DNA of 64,000 bases from Nitrospirales bacterium (lineage in GTDB: Bacteria > Nitrospirota > Nitrospiria > Nitrospirales > UBA8639): the NCBI GenBank assembly GCA_965223295.1, contig CBDCWC010000003.1:1408001-1472000 (forward strand), written 5' to 3'. The position numbers and the translations under genes were made by a program. Shown here one piece after another: positions 9,501 to 19,312 of this stretch (positions are counted from its first letter, which is position 1; each line of letters opens with the position of its first letter). The notes below the pieces were generated by a model. It did not search any database. It was not told the origin of the DNA and worked only from the letters and a program-made list of their open reading frames with translations.

Positions 9501-10592
9501 CTAGGTGAGAGGATCCGATTGGTTCACAATGCTGGCCAGAACATCCTGATGGGAATGGATGCCGACGATATTCGAGAGCGTAGAAAGATCAATCGGATGA
9601 TAGGGATACACAAATTGCTGTTTTACTGTCCGAATTCTGGCCAAGCTAGCTTCGATCTGAGCTTTCTCTAGTTGTTGGGAGGCGATCGCGTGGCGTAGGG
9701 CCTGAAAGGTGTCCGTGGCGAGCATTCGGCTTTTGCAAACTAACAACATATCGGCACCGGCTTGTAATGAACGAATGGCGGCGTCACCTATTGCAGCATG
9801 GTCTAAAATGGCACGCATCTCCAAATCATCACTCAGGATCACACCTGCAAAACCTAAGTCCTGGCGAAGCATTCCTGATAAAATTGTCGAAGAAAGCGTG
9901 GCTGGATGAGTAGGATCAAGGGCCGGGTAGTAAACGTGCGCAGTCATCATGGCTTGAAGCCCATGTCGAATGGCATGGTGAAAGGGTTGGAGTTCTATTT
10001 CTTCTAGCCGTTGACGAGAAGCATGTACGGTGGGAAGTTCCAGATGTGAGTCTGTACTAGTATCGCCATGCCCGGGAAAATGTTTCCCGCAGGCCAAGAC
10101 CCGATGATCTTGAAGCCCGGCAATTGTCGCAGCGCCCATCCGACACACCTGCTCTGGTTCGGTGCCAAAGGCACGATTGCCAATAATGGGATTAGCCGGA
10201 TTGGTATGAATATCCAGTACAGGAGCCATATTCATGTTGATGCCCACGCTACGTAACTCTTTTGCGGTGACAGCGGCCGCTTGGTACGCCAGCTCGGTTG
10301 ATCCGGAATGGGCTACAGTGGCAGCTGGAGGGAAAATCGTAAAATCGGACGGTAGACGTGAGACCCGTCCTCCTTCTTGATCAATGGCGATAAGAAGGGA
10401 ACTTTCATTTGCGATTGCCTGTAGATCGTTGGTCAGCTTGGCAATTTGTTCCGCGTTCACCAAATTACGAGCAAACAAGATCACACCACCTGGGCGGTGT
10501 TCTTGCATCCAGGTTCGAAGATCCGGAGTGACCTCCGTCCCTTCGAACCCGATCATACACAATTGGCCTATGCGGTCTGTGAGGTTCACCAA
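9501..10592 (-). CDS. nagZ: Beta-N-acetylhexosaminidase (GH3)
   Basis: IDQEGGRV, KHFPGHGD...DSH, SDDLEM motifs. Confidence 0.9.
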   Translation of the reverse strand: MVNLTDRIGQLCMIGFEGTEVTPDLRTWMQEHRPGGVILFARNLVNAEQIAKLTNDLQAIANESSLLIAIDQEGGRVSRLPSDFTIFPPAATVAHSGSTELAYQAAAVTAKELRSVGINMNMAPVLDIHTNPANPIIGNRAFGTEPEQVCRMGAATIAGLQDHRVLACGKHFPGHGDTSTDSHLELPTVHASRQRLEEIELQPFHHAIRHGLQAMMTAHVYYPALDPTHPATLSSTILSGMLRQDLGFAGVILSDDLEMRAILDHAAIGDAAIRSLQAGADMLLVCKSRMLATDTFQALRHAIASQQLEKAQIEASLARIRTVKQQFVYPYHPIDLSTLSNIVGIHSHQDVLASIVNQSDPLT

Positions 10593-10602
10593 AAGCTGAT
10601 AG

Positions 10603-12111
10603 CTAAGATTTAGCTGCGCGATTGATCAAATACTGAATCAGTAATCGAGTTCCTGTTCCGGTTGGACCTTTTGAAATGCAGGGACGTTCCGCAGCACTCC
10701 AATCTGTGCTGGCGATGTCTAAATGCACCCATGGATGATCGCCAACGAATTTGCTCAAAAACATAGCGGCAGTAATCATGCCGCCTCCGCGTCCGCCGAT
10801 ATTGCGCATATCCGCCACGTCGCTTTTTAATTGCTCAAAATATTCATCCCATAACGGCATTTCCCACACGCGTTCTCCCGAATCATTGCCCGCCTTTCTC
10901 ATGGCGTTCTTCAACGCATCATTGTTACCTAACATGCCGATGGCATGGGCCCCTAATGCCACAATAGCCGCACCGGTTAATGTGGCGATATCAATCACAC
11001 AAGCGGGTTTCAGACGAGTGGCATAGGCTAATCCATCGGCCAAAATCAGTCGTCCTTCGGCGTCCGTATTTTGTATTTCCACCGTTTTTCCAGAAAGCAT
11101 CGTGTGGACATCGCCAGGTTTCGTGGCTCGTCCTCCTGGCATATTTTCGGTCACAGGAAGCAGGCTGATGACATTCATGGGAAGTTTCAAGCGAGAGGCC
11201 GACCGGATAGCGGCCAAGACTTCAGCTCCTCCGGTCATATCGGCTTTCATGTGGTCCATATTTTCCGACGGCTTCAGGGATATGCCGCCAGAATCAAAGG
11301 TCACGGTTTTCCCAACCAAGACCACTGGGCGTTGAGATTTTGGGCCGCCGGAATATTCCAAAATAATAAAATGCGGTGGTTCAATACTGCCCTGGGCGAC
11401 ACCTAACAAACCTCCCATGCCAAGCTTTTTCATCTGTTGGCGATCTAACACTTTCAACCGAATCTTTGATTCCTTTGCAATGGCCTTGGCTTCGGCTACT
11501 ACGCGCGAGGGTTTCATAATATTAGCGGGATGATTGCAGAGGTCTCTGACAAAGCACGTGGCCTCTCCCAGAATATGCCCTCGCTTAGCCCCTGCCGTGA
11601 TTTTGGGTTGGTCGGCTGAGGTTTGCGCCAGCAATGTGCATGACTGCAACGTCTTCCGGTCTTCAACATGATCGGTGTAGTAGTAGGTAAATCGATAATC
11701 CCCCAGAACGGCTCCTTCAGCCATGGCTTGGGCAACTTCATCGAGACGTCCTGTGGTTTTGGGCACATCAGGTATGATGCAGGCCACGCCCTTAGCTTTG
11801 ACTTGACGAGCCTGTTTCACCGCAGTGCCCATGGCTTGTCTCACTCGCTCCAGCGTGACGGTGTCTCGTGTTCCAAGCCCGACCAGCAGGACTCGTTTAG
11901 CCGGGATCTTGCCATGAGTATGAACCAAAGTCGTTTGATTAGGCTTTCCGGAAAATTCAGCATTTTTTCGAAGGTCGCTCAGTTGTCTGCCTAACTTTTT
12001 GTCGAGTGGTGCAAGGGCTTTGCTCCAAGATTTTTCTTTTTCATAGCTGAGACAAACCAACAGGTCTGTCGCCATGGTGGTAGCTTGACTACGCTTGACT
12101 AGAATATTCAT
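10603..12111 (-). CDS. pepA: Leucyl aminopeptidase (M17)
   Basis: VGKTVTFDSGG, MKADMTG, NTDAEGRL motifs. Confidence 0.95.
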   Translation of the reverse strand: MNILVKRSQATTMATDLLVCLSYEKEKSWSKALAPLDKKLGRQLSDLRKNAEFSGKPNQTTLVHTHGKIPAKRVLLVGLGTRDTVTLERVRQAMGTAVKQARQVKAKGVACIIPDVPKTTGRLDEVAQAMAEGAVLGDYRFTYYYTDHVEDRKTLQSCTLLAQTSADQPKITAGAKRGHILGEATCFVRDLCNHPANIMKPSRVVAEAKAIAKESKIRLKVLDRQQMKKLGMGGLLGVAQGSIEPPHFIILEYSGGPKSQRPVVLVGKTVTFDSGGISLKPSENMDHMKADMTGGAEVLAAIRSASRLKLPMNVISLLPVTENMPGGRATKPGDVHTMLSGKTVEIQNTDAEGRLILADGLAYATRLKPACVIDIATLTGAAIVALGAHAIGMLGNNDALKNAMRKAGNDSGERVWEMPLWDEYFEQLKSDVADMRNIGGRGGGMITAAMFLSKFVGDHPWVHLDIASTDWSAAERPCISKGPTGTGTRLLIQYLINRAAKS

Positions 12112-12129
12112 AGGCCTCCTTCACATGAT

Positions 12130-12270
12130 GGGCACCTCTAAAAACTGTCCTTTTTCCCGATGGCGGCGTCAGCGGCGTGCTCAAAGCCTCATGTATTTCC
12201 ATATACACTGCGGTGTTCCGCGTGCCGCTTCCTTGCTCTCAGAAAAAAACACCAGTTTTTAGAGGTGCCC
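12130..12270. mobile_element. MITE family B (141 bp, perfect 18-bp TIR)
   Basis: GGGCACCTCTAAAAACTG ... CAGTTTTTAGAGGTGCCC, AT on both flanks, between queE and pepA. Confidence 0.7.
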
Positions 12271-12324
12271 ATAAGACAATAAAGGTTCTTGAACAGATGG
12301 TGAACAGTAGATTGGAAAAGTATT

Positions 12325-12981
12325 TTACACGCCTCGGGTTTGAGGGTCCCATATCATTTTATGTAGTTGCATTTGAAGTCGAACAGGAAGTCGATCCGCT
12401 AAGATCCATTCAGCTAAGGGTTGCAAGTCCAGAGAGCCAAAGACTGGGCTAAACAGGACTGTGCATCGACTGCTCAGGCCGTATTGTTTGAGAATGTCTT
12501 TGGCCCAGTCATAATCCTCCCGATTGTTCAGCACAAATTTTACTTCGTCCTTCGGTGAGAGGTGTGCCATATTTTCCCACCTTATGCGATCAGTCATCTC
12601 GCTGCCGGGGCATTTGACGTCCATAATAATGGAAACGCGAGGATCAATGGCAGAAATATCAAAGGCACCGCTGGTTTCAATCATGACCTGATGCCCGGCA
12701 TCACATAACTTCTGTAACAATACCAGAGCTTCCGGCTGATGCAATGGCTCGCCACCAGTCACTTCTACCAGCGGGCAATTGTACGATTGCACGCGGTCTA
12801 AGATGGAGTCTAAATGCATTGAGTTGCCGCCATGAAAGGCATATTCGGTATCACACCAGGTGCAGCGAAGAGGACAGCCCGTCAACCGGACAAACACACA
12901 GGGTTGTCCCACTCGGGTGGACTCGCCTTGAATGCTATGAAAAATTTCCGTGATTTGTAACGTCTGCGACATGAGTTTCAC
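12325..12981 (-). CDS. queE: 7-carboxy-7-deazaguanine synthase (radical SAM)
   Basis: EIFHSIQGE, GCPLRCTWCDT (CxxxCxxC), TGGEP, QLHK. Confidence 0.9.
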   Translation of the reverse strand: MKLMSQTLQITEIFHSIQGESTRVGQPCVFVRLTGCPLRCTWCDTEYAFHGGNSMHLDSILDRVQSYNCPLVEVTGGEPLHQPEALVLLQKLCDAGHQVMIETSGAFDISAIDPRVSIIMDVKCPGSEMTDRIRWENMAHLSPKDEVKFVLNNREDYDWAKDILKQYGLSSRCTVLFSPVFGSLDLQPLAEWILADRLPVRLQMQLHKMIWDPQTRGV

Positions 12982-13068
12982 AGAGAATACTTGAAAGCGT
13001 GACTTGGTTTTCTATTGAATTTCTCTACCGTAGAGGAAGGGAACTCAATGAACTGGGAGTGCAAAGGA

Positions 13069-13785
13069 CTACGCCCATTGAGTGATGGGCCAACCCTGCT
13101 CCCTCGCAATACGCGCCATGCCGCGGATCGGATTCACCACAAAAGGATGGCCAACTAATTTCAAGGCTTCAACATCACCAGGGCTATCCCCATAGGCATA
13201 GCTTCGACTCAGGTCCAAATTATACTGTGCTGCCAACCGTTCAATATACCGAACTTTCCCTTCTCCGTAAGGCAGTGGAGCAAAAACTCGGCCAGTGTAG
13301 ATTCCAGAATCCGTTTCCAACTTGGCGCCAAAAAACAACGACACTCCCAATTTCTCCGCTAACGGTTTGACCAAGCATTCTGGAGATCCACTGACAACGG
13401 CGACCACATGTCCTGCCCGTCTGTGGTACGAAAGTTTCCCCAACGCCCGCGCAGCCACCCGAGGCCAGACAAATAACTCGACATAGTCTTGAGCCGATTG
13501 TTCAATGCGGCTCACTTCCTGTTCAATAAGATACCGTTTGTTTCGCCTGAGCGGACTGAGTGAAAGGGGCGGCATGTGCTGGAAAGCATAGCGGATACTA
13601 TTCCGTAACTCTGGCCAGCCGACTATGCCGTCCTGCCACAAATATCGGAAAAACCCAATTTCAATGGAAGGTCCGGGAACCAGCGTATTATCCATATCAA
13701 AAAATGCGCCAACCCAATGTTGGGATTGCGCCAATGGGGCTGGTGAGGAAGAAGAGGTGTTCATATGAGAGATGCGAATGAACAA
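13069..13785 (-). CDS. HAD-IB family hydrolase
   Basis: FFDMDNTL, VSGS, GEGK, YGDSPGD motifs. Confidence 0.85.
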   Translation of the reverse strand: MFIRISHMNTSSSSPAPLAQSQHWVGAFFDMDNTLVPGPSIEIGFFRYLWQDGIVGWPELRNSIRYAFQHMPPLSLSPLRRNKRYLIEQEVSRIEQSAQDYVELFVWPRVAARALGKLSYHRRAGHVVAVVSGSPECLVKPLAEKLGVSLFFGAKLETDSGIYTGRVFAPLPYGEGKVRYIERLAAQYNLDLSRSYAYGDSPGDVEALKLVGHPFVVNPIRGMARIAREQGWPITQWA

Positions 13786-13834
13786 GAACGCATTTCTGAT
13801 GGGTTGAAAGCGATTCTACCCGTCATTCTATGCG

Positions 13835-13863
13835 TTGACAAGGACTGCAGGAGGTTTCATAAT
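13835..13863 (+). promoter_or_regulatory. Sigma70 promoter of tRNA-Leu
   Basis: TTGACA-17 nt-CATAAT, 13 nt before the tRNA. Confidence 0.75.
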
Positions 13864-13876
13864 CGAAGAATTGAGT

Positions 13877-13962
13877 GCCGAAGTGGTGGAATGGCAGACA
13901 CGCACGTTTGAGGGGCGTGTGGGGGTTTCCCCATGCGGGTTCAAGTCCCGCCTTCGGCACCA
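13877..13962 (+). tRNA. tRNA-Leu(GAG)
   Basis: GCCGAAG/CTTCGGC acceptor stem, anticodon arm CACGT-TTGAGGG-GCGTG, long variable arm, GGTTCAAGTCC T-arm, encoded CCA. Confidence 0.97.
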
Positions 13963-14184
13963 ATCTCCTACCTACCTCAACATCGGTTCTAACTCAAGAA
14001 GTATCGACAACAGCAAAAAGAGGGAGACTTGAACAGGGGGTTTTGAAGGGGGTGTTCCCCCTTCATGGGGTGACCGAAGCTTTGCAGAGGCACGAGGGGG
14101 CATGGCCCCTTAGTGGGAGCAGGAGCCAGGTTTCCGCTCCTGCGACTTCAAATCCCGCCTTCGGCACCAATCTCCTACCTACCT
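13940..14184 (+). repeat. 38-bp direct repeat of the tRNA-Leu 3' end (13940-13977 and 14147-14184) enclosing a hairpin-rich spacer
   Basis: TTCAA(G/A)TCCCGCCTTCGGCACCAATCTCCTACCTACCT occurs twice, 207 bp apart, one mismatch. Confidence 0.9.
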
Positions 14185-14612
14185 TATCCCTTAACAACTA
14201 TCTTCGTTTTTTGGAGGAATCATAACCACGGTAAAAAGCGGGACCTAAGTCTGGGGTTCTGAAGGGGGAATGGCCCACTCGGATACAGGAGGGAAGCATC
14301 TACTCTTGCCTCTCAGAGTCCTGTCAGTGGCATGTATTTCTTAAAGTTTTCGCAGTGAATTTTTCAGAAATAAAAATTCTTCCTAGTTGCTCTTCAAATT
14401 CGTCAAGATTCTTAATACATTGAAATAGGCAGATTCTTGGTTGTTTTGGGACGAACAAATCTTATCCGTGTTCGAGGCTTATTATTATTCCCTGATTCCT
14501 GACCCTCACTCTAACCTTGTCCTCTCTTCGAGGCCAAGCTCTGAGAGAGAGTTTAATGGGGTCTTAGTTGAACGTGAAAATACTAAAGAGCCGTTAGCAA
14601 GGAGATGACAGA

Positions 14613-16604
14613 GTGAGAACTGTAGAAGGACAGGTGGTGAGAAGGATTACGGTGATCGTGATATTTGCCTGGTTATGTGGTTTGGGACCGTTTGTTTGTG
14701 CCGGAGTCTTTGCGGCTGAACCTGTTGAGGAATCGATTTTATTGCCTTCCGATGATTTGGATTCTGCTGAGGAACATTTGCGGTTGGGCGTAGATTTTTT
14801 TCTGACGGATGAATTGGATGTGGCGATTGATGAGTTTCGGGAGGCTTCCCGTCTCAGCCCGGATTATGCCGACGCGTACCATAATTTGGGAGTGGCATTC
14901 GCCAAAACGGGAGATCTGACTGGTGCGATCAAGGCCTGGACTGAAGCAGAACGATTAGACCCATCGGTCGTATCATTACGATACTCCCTTCCGGCCTTGG
15001 TGGCGTACAACTATGGGGTATCGTTGATTGGGTCGGGGAAGCCTGTTGAGGCGATGAAAGAATGGCAGGCAGCTCTTCACATACAGCCAAATTTTCCCGA
15101 AGCCCATTACGCGTTGGGGTTAGGTTTTTTGGCAGTGAAGAACCCCACTGTGGCCTTAGGCCATTTCCAGACAGCACTTTCCTTTGTGTCGGATTGGACG
15201 CAGGCTCAGATCGCGTTGGGACAGGCTCATTATGAATCTCATGAATATGACCAGGCGCGTGCAGCTTGGCTGAAGGCGTTGGCGTCTCATCCGGATGATG
15301 CGCCCATCTATGCCAATCTCGGACATCTGGCGATACAAGAAGGGAATTATCAAGAAGGCATTGACGCGGTTCGCCGTGCGATTGCACTTCAGGACGATCT
15401 GGTAACTGCGCATTTCAATTTAGGTGTGGCCTTGTTGGCCAAGGGTGACCTGCAACCTAGCGTGGAGGTTTTCAATCATGTGCTGGATTTAGATGCCAAT
15501 GCCACGTCTGCGCGATTGTTCGTGGGTGTCGCGTGGAGCCGTTTGGGTAACTGGGCAGAGGCTGCGCATCAATGGCGAAAAGCTTTGCAGCAAGATCCCT
15601 TTGGGTCACATGCGTTTTGGCTTCATCATAATTTGGGCTTGGCCCTTACGGCCATGGGTCATTTCTCAGATGCGACAAAGGAATTTCAATGGGTGGTAGG
15701 ACAACGTCCGGAATGGGCTGAAGGATGGTCCCAATTTGGTGTCTCACTCATGTCCGAGGGGCGGTGGGGCGAAGCCGTGTCGGCGTTGAACACAGCGACT
15801 CAATTGCAGCCCCATTGGGCTCATCTTCATTTCACTTTGGGAAAAGCGCTGACAGAGCAGGGAGAGTTGGGGTCAGCAATTCAGTCGTTCCGTGAAGCGG
15901 TCCGGATTGATCCACATTTTGTGGATGGGCTATTTCACTTAGGAATTGTGCTGCGGACGCAAAATCAGTTGAGGGAAGCCGTTGAGCCGCTTCGTCAGGC
16001 CGCCGAGGAAGGGTCGCGGGAAGCCCAGGGGTTGCTTGCATCTATGTATATGAATGGTAGTGGAATTGATCGCAATGTGCCGCTGGCGATGTTGTGGTGG
16101 TCTCGATGTAGTCGCGGGGCGATTGATGACGTGATTACTCGAACAGCTAGAAATCAATTGGGCCAATTGCGCCGGAGACTCCACCGGCAACAATTTTCCC
16201 AGACCAAGCAACAGGATGTGCAGACCGGATTTGCCTTGGTGCGGCAGGATTTGGCCAGTCAAGCACCAGTTCAAATAGGGAAAACATCGGAGCCAGAACA
16301 CCCATTCGTTGGAAATCCAAAGGTCTCCCCTACAATTCTTCTTCAGTGGATGATTGAACGAGCCCTGGCGTTGGATGCCGAAGCTCAGGATACCTTACGG
16401 CAGTGGTTTGTCGATGGAGTCGTTGACTCTTTCCCTTTGCAGCGGGCGACTCTTCAAGAATATTGGCTGCGTGCGGCAAAAGAAGGAGATCGGAACGGTT
16501 GTGAAGTACTCGAAATGATAACATCAAGAAAAAAGTTCACCGAGGTACGTCAGGCTTGTCAGGTGATCCGTCAAGAACATTGGCGTGAGGTTCAGAAAAA
16601 ATGA
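14613..16604 (+). CDS. Exported multi-TPR protein with a Sel1-like repeat
   Basis: N-terminal signal; many 34-aa TPR units (AYHNLGVAF, AHFNLGVAL); EAQGLLASMYMNGSGI...AMLWW Sel1-like unit. Confidence 0.85.
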   Translation: MRTVEGQVVRRITVIVIFAWLCGLGPFVCAGVFAAEPVEESILLPSDDLDSAEEHLRLGVDFFLTDELDVAIDEFREASRLSPDYADAYHNLGVAFAKTGDLTGAIKAWTEAERLDPSVVSLRYSLPALVAYNYGVSLIGSGKPVEAMKEWQAALHIQPNFPEAHYALGLGFLAVKNPTVALGHFQTALSFVSDWTQAQIALGQAHYESHEYDQARAAWLKALASHPDDAPIYANLGHLAIQEGNYQEGIDAVRRAIALQDDLVTAHFNLGVALLAKGDLQPSVEVFNHVLDLDANATSARLFVGVAWSRLGNWAEAAHQWRKALQQDPFGSHAFWLHHNLGLALTAMGHFSDATKEFQWVVGQRPEWAEGWSQFGVSLMSEGRWGEAVSALNTATQLQPHWAHLHFTLGKALTEQGELGSAIQSFREAVRIDPHFVDGLFHLGIVLRTQNQLREAVEPLRQAAEEGSREAQGLLASMYMNGSGIDRNVPLAMLWWSRCSRGAIDDVITRTARNQLGQLRRRLHRQQFSQTKQQDVQTGFALVRQDLASQAPVQIGKTSEPEHPFVGNPKVSPTILLQWMIERALALDAEAQDTLRQWFVDGVVDSFPLQRATLQEYWLRAAKEGDRNGCEVLEMITSRKKFTEVRQACQVIRQEHWREVQKK

Positions 16605-16611
16605 GGAAGAG

Positions 16612-19161
16612 ATGAATCCCCAAACCAAGCAGATCTATTTGGTTATGATGTTCGTGACGTTGTGTGCGGCATTAAGCTTTGGGTTTTCACATCTCTTTCC
16701 TCAAGGGGACAAATGGCTAAGGGACTGGCAATTGTCTCAGAAGACTACTCAACCTGTTTCTTCATCCATTGTCATGGTAGAGGTGAAAAGCCACAGTCCA
16801 GCCCACTGTGGGGGCGGGCAATGGAATCTGAATGTTCTGGCTTCCCTTATCCTGGCGCTATATCAGGCAGAAGCAGCTGCGATGGCACCAATGTTAGATG
16901 TGTCGCTGCCTGTGGCATCGCAATGTGGAGGGCTGCAAGGGTTGGCTCAGTTAGCTGAAGTGACGAAACATGTGGGATTGGTGAGTTATCCTGATTCCGT
17001 CCCGCCAGCTTTGACGCAGGCAGCTGCTCGAACCGGTTTTCTGGGGCCTTTGTATGAATCGTCAAAGAATGGAGGATTCACTATTTCCGCTGCGTCGCTA
17101 CTCTCTCCTTCTCTACCGTTTGGAATAGCTGTCGCGTCGTTGCTTAAAGATAATCATAAGCCACAGAAAGCAGATTCCTTTCTTCAGATCCCTGATTCCG
17201 TGATTAATCATGAAGAATGGGCTTATCGTCCTTATCAATTCGAGGATATTTGGGAGTTGGTGCAATCAGGAAAACAAGGAGAGCTTCGACGGCTGTTCCG
17301 GGGGAAAGCGGTGTTTCTCTCTGTGAATTCAGAAATGACGGCAAAATATGCCCTTGCTCTTTCCCATGTGGCAATAGCCAATGCCTATGTGACCAATTCA
17401 TGGGTAAGACCTGCTCCATTCATCCTGGCTTTTCTCATCTCCTTCGGCCTGAGTTACTTGGTGATGGTTCCTATGTGGCGTGAGTTATCTTTACATCGAA
17501 TACGACCTATCCTTGGAGCGATAGGATTGCTCGTGAGTGCTGTTCTTGTCCTTGGCTACCAATGGAATTGGATTTGGCCATTGATGAGCATGGGAATGAC
17601 CGTTGGTCTTACCGTTAGTGGGATGGGAGTTTGGAACTTGTTCCAAGTTCAATCAACCGTACAGCAAGGTATTGCTAAAAGGGAACAGATTCTCGCGGAA
17701 CTTAAAGAGGACTTATTGTTGAAGCAACAGGATGTTCGGCTGTTAGAAGCACAACTGTCTGAAACTCAACGTCAATCTGTTCAAGCAGGTTCGGTCATAG
17801 AGGGGTTACAGCATGCACACAATACTTCTCTTGCCCAACTAGAGACTTCTCAATCGGAGATTCAGGAGACGCATCGTAAGATCGAATCTCTTCAAGGAGA
17901 ACTATTTGAACTTCGCCAACAATTGCCTGTGACTTCAGAGGAATGTCCTCAAGAAGACTGCACGAACAATGCCCTCGAGTTGAGTAAGGAGTGCGAAGCA
18001 TTCCAGATTGTGACACGTGACCCGGTTGTTCTTGAATTATTTCAGAATCTTAAGAAGGCTGCAGCAACTCAGGTTCCCATTTTATTGTTGGGTGAAACTG
18101 GAACCGGCAAAGAAGTTTTTGCGAAAGCTGCTCATGCGTTGAGCCCGCGCCGGCAGGGTCCATTTATCTCAGTCAATATGGCTGCTATCCGTGCTGAATT
18201 ATTCGAGGGAGAGTTATTTGGTCATGTGAAAGGAGCCTTTACGGGAGCTGTTGGCCGTAAGGGATTTTTAGAATCAGCAGATGGTGGAACGATTTTTCTA
18301 GATGAGGTGGGGGATCTTCCCCTGGATCTGCAGGCCAAACTATTGCGGTTTTTGGAAGATGGAGGATTTCATCGGGTAGGGCAAAGTACCGTCACCCATG
18401 TGGATGTCCGCATTGTCGCGGCTACGAATCGTGATTTGCATAATAAAGTTCAAGAAGGACGGTATCGAGAAGATCTCTATTATCGATTACGAAGTATTGT
18501 GTTGACGCTCCCTCCTCTTCGGGCCAGAAGCCAAGCGGATCATGTACTATTAGCGCAGTCATTTTTACAGCAATATGCGCAGTCGCAACATCGAACTGAT
18601 CTGGCATTTACGCAAGGGGCCTTAGATGCGATTGCAGACTATCAATGGCCTGGCAACATCCGTGAACTACGGCAAACGGTGGCCCAAGCTGTGGCTCTGG
18701 CGAACGGGGCAGTGATTACCGAAGCCGAGTTGAATTTGGAAAAGCCAAGCCCAACGGTTGTTGAAGGTAATTGGGTGAAGGAAAATATGGGTCAGCAAGA
18801 AGATGCAATGGTTTTAGAATGTTTACGTCAGCATAAATTTGAAATGCAGGCTACGGCGGCAGTTCTGGGTTGGGATCGAGGGACTGTGACTCAGCGTTTA
18901 AAAGGACTCGGATTTCAAGCACTCATGAAATGTCAGGGAGATATCCATGCGGCGGCAGTCGCATTAGCCGGTGACGAGCGTTTGGTTCCCGTACTAGAGA
19001 GACGATTACGTGAATATTCTAAGAACTTGGCTTCTGCATCCAAGAAATATCACTCGGTGGAAGAGGCTATTGCCGATTGCCGAAAACGGTTTCGCAATTT
19101 ACCGGAACGTCATTTTCCAGCGGTGGAACGGTTGCTCCACCAGCGTTTCACAGCGTCATGA
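16612..19161 (+). CDS. Membrane-anchored sigma54-dependent transcriptional activator with CHASE2-like sensor region
   Basis: N-terminal TM, extracytoplasmic domain, 3 TMs, coiled coil, GETGTGKE, GAFTGA, FLDEVG, WPGNIREL, HTH; ATG 16612 preferred over 16585. Confidence 0.85.
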   Translation: MNPQTKQIYLVMMFVTLCAALSFGFSHLFPQGDKWLRDWQLSQKTTQPVSSSIVMVEVKSHSPAHCGGGQWNLNVLASLILALYQAEAAAMAPMLDVSLPVASQCGGLQGLAQLAEVTKHVGLVSYPDSVPPALTQAAARTGFLGPLYESSKNGGFTISAASLLSPSLPFGIAVASLLKDNHKPQKADSFLQIPDSVINHEEWAYRPYQFEDIWELVQSGKQGELRRLFRGKAVFLSVNSEMTAKYALALSHVAIANAYVTNSWVRPAPFILAFLISFGLSYLVMVPMWRELSLHRIRPILGAIGLLVSAVLVLGYQWNWIWPLMSMGMTVGLTVSGMGVWNLFQVQSTVQQGIAKREQILAELKEDLLLKQQDVRLLEAQLSETQRQSVQAGSVIEGLQHAHNTSLAQLETSQSEIQETHRKIESLQGELFELRQQLPVTSEECPQEDCTNNALELSKECEAFQIVTRDPVVLELFQNLKKAAATQVPILLLGETGTGKEVFAKAAHALSPRRQGPFISVNMAAIRAELFEGELFGHVKGAFTGAVGRKGFLESADGGTIFLDEVGDLPLDLQAKLLRFLEDGGFHRVGQSTVTHVDVRIVAATNRDLHNKVQEGRYREDLYYRLRSIVLTLPPLRARSQADHVLLAQSFLQQYAQSQHRTDLAFTQGALDAIADYQWPGNIRELRQTVAQAVALANGAVITEAELNLEKPSPTVVEGNWVKENMGQQEDAMVLECLRQHKFEMQATAAVLGWDRGTVTQRLKGLGFQALMKCQGDIHAAAVALAGDERLVPVLERRLREYSKNLASASKKYHSVEEAIADCRKRFRNLPERHFPAVERLLHQRFTAS

Positions 19162-19200
19162 AACGGGGAAAGAATAGATAATCATTCTCGAGTTTTGTGT

Positions 19201-19224
19201 TCCTCCCCTTTTGTAAGGGGAGGA
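19201..19224. repeat. GC-rich palindrome (REP-like or bidirectional terminator) between convergent genes
   Basis: TCCTCCCCTT-TTGT-AAGGGGAGGA perfect 10-bp stem, followed by GTAAGGTGGGG. Confidence 0.55.
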
Positions 19225-19312
19225 GTAAGGTGGGGTAGAAGCTCACAGATGGATTAGATCTTTTTTGATAAAGTTTCAAAGATCAGTTTAGGCTGCACTT
19301 CAAACTTTCTTA

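Noticed and set aside
13940-14184. CRISPR-like repeat pair
   Set aside because: Only two copies, a 169-bp spacer, the repeat is a tRNA 3' end, and no cas genes are in the window
13835-14225. ORFs overlapping tRNA-Leu (and 38046-38405 overlapping tRNA-Gly)
   Set aside because: Spurious translations through tRNA genes
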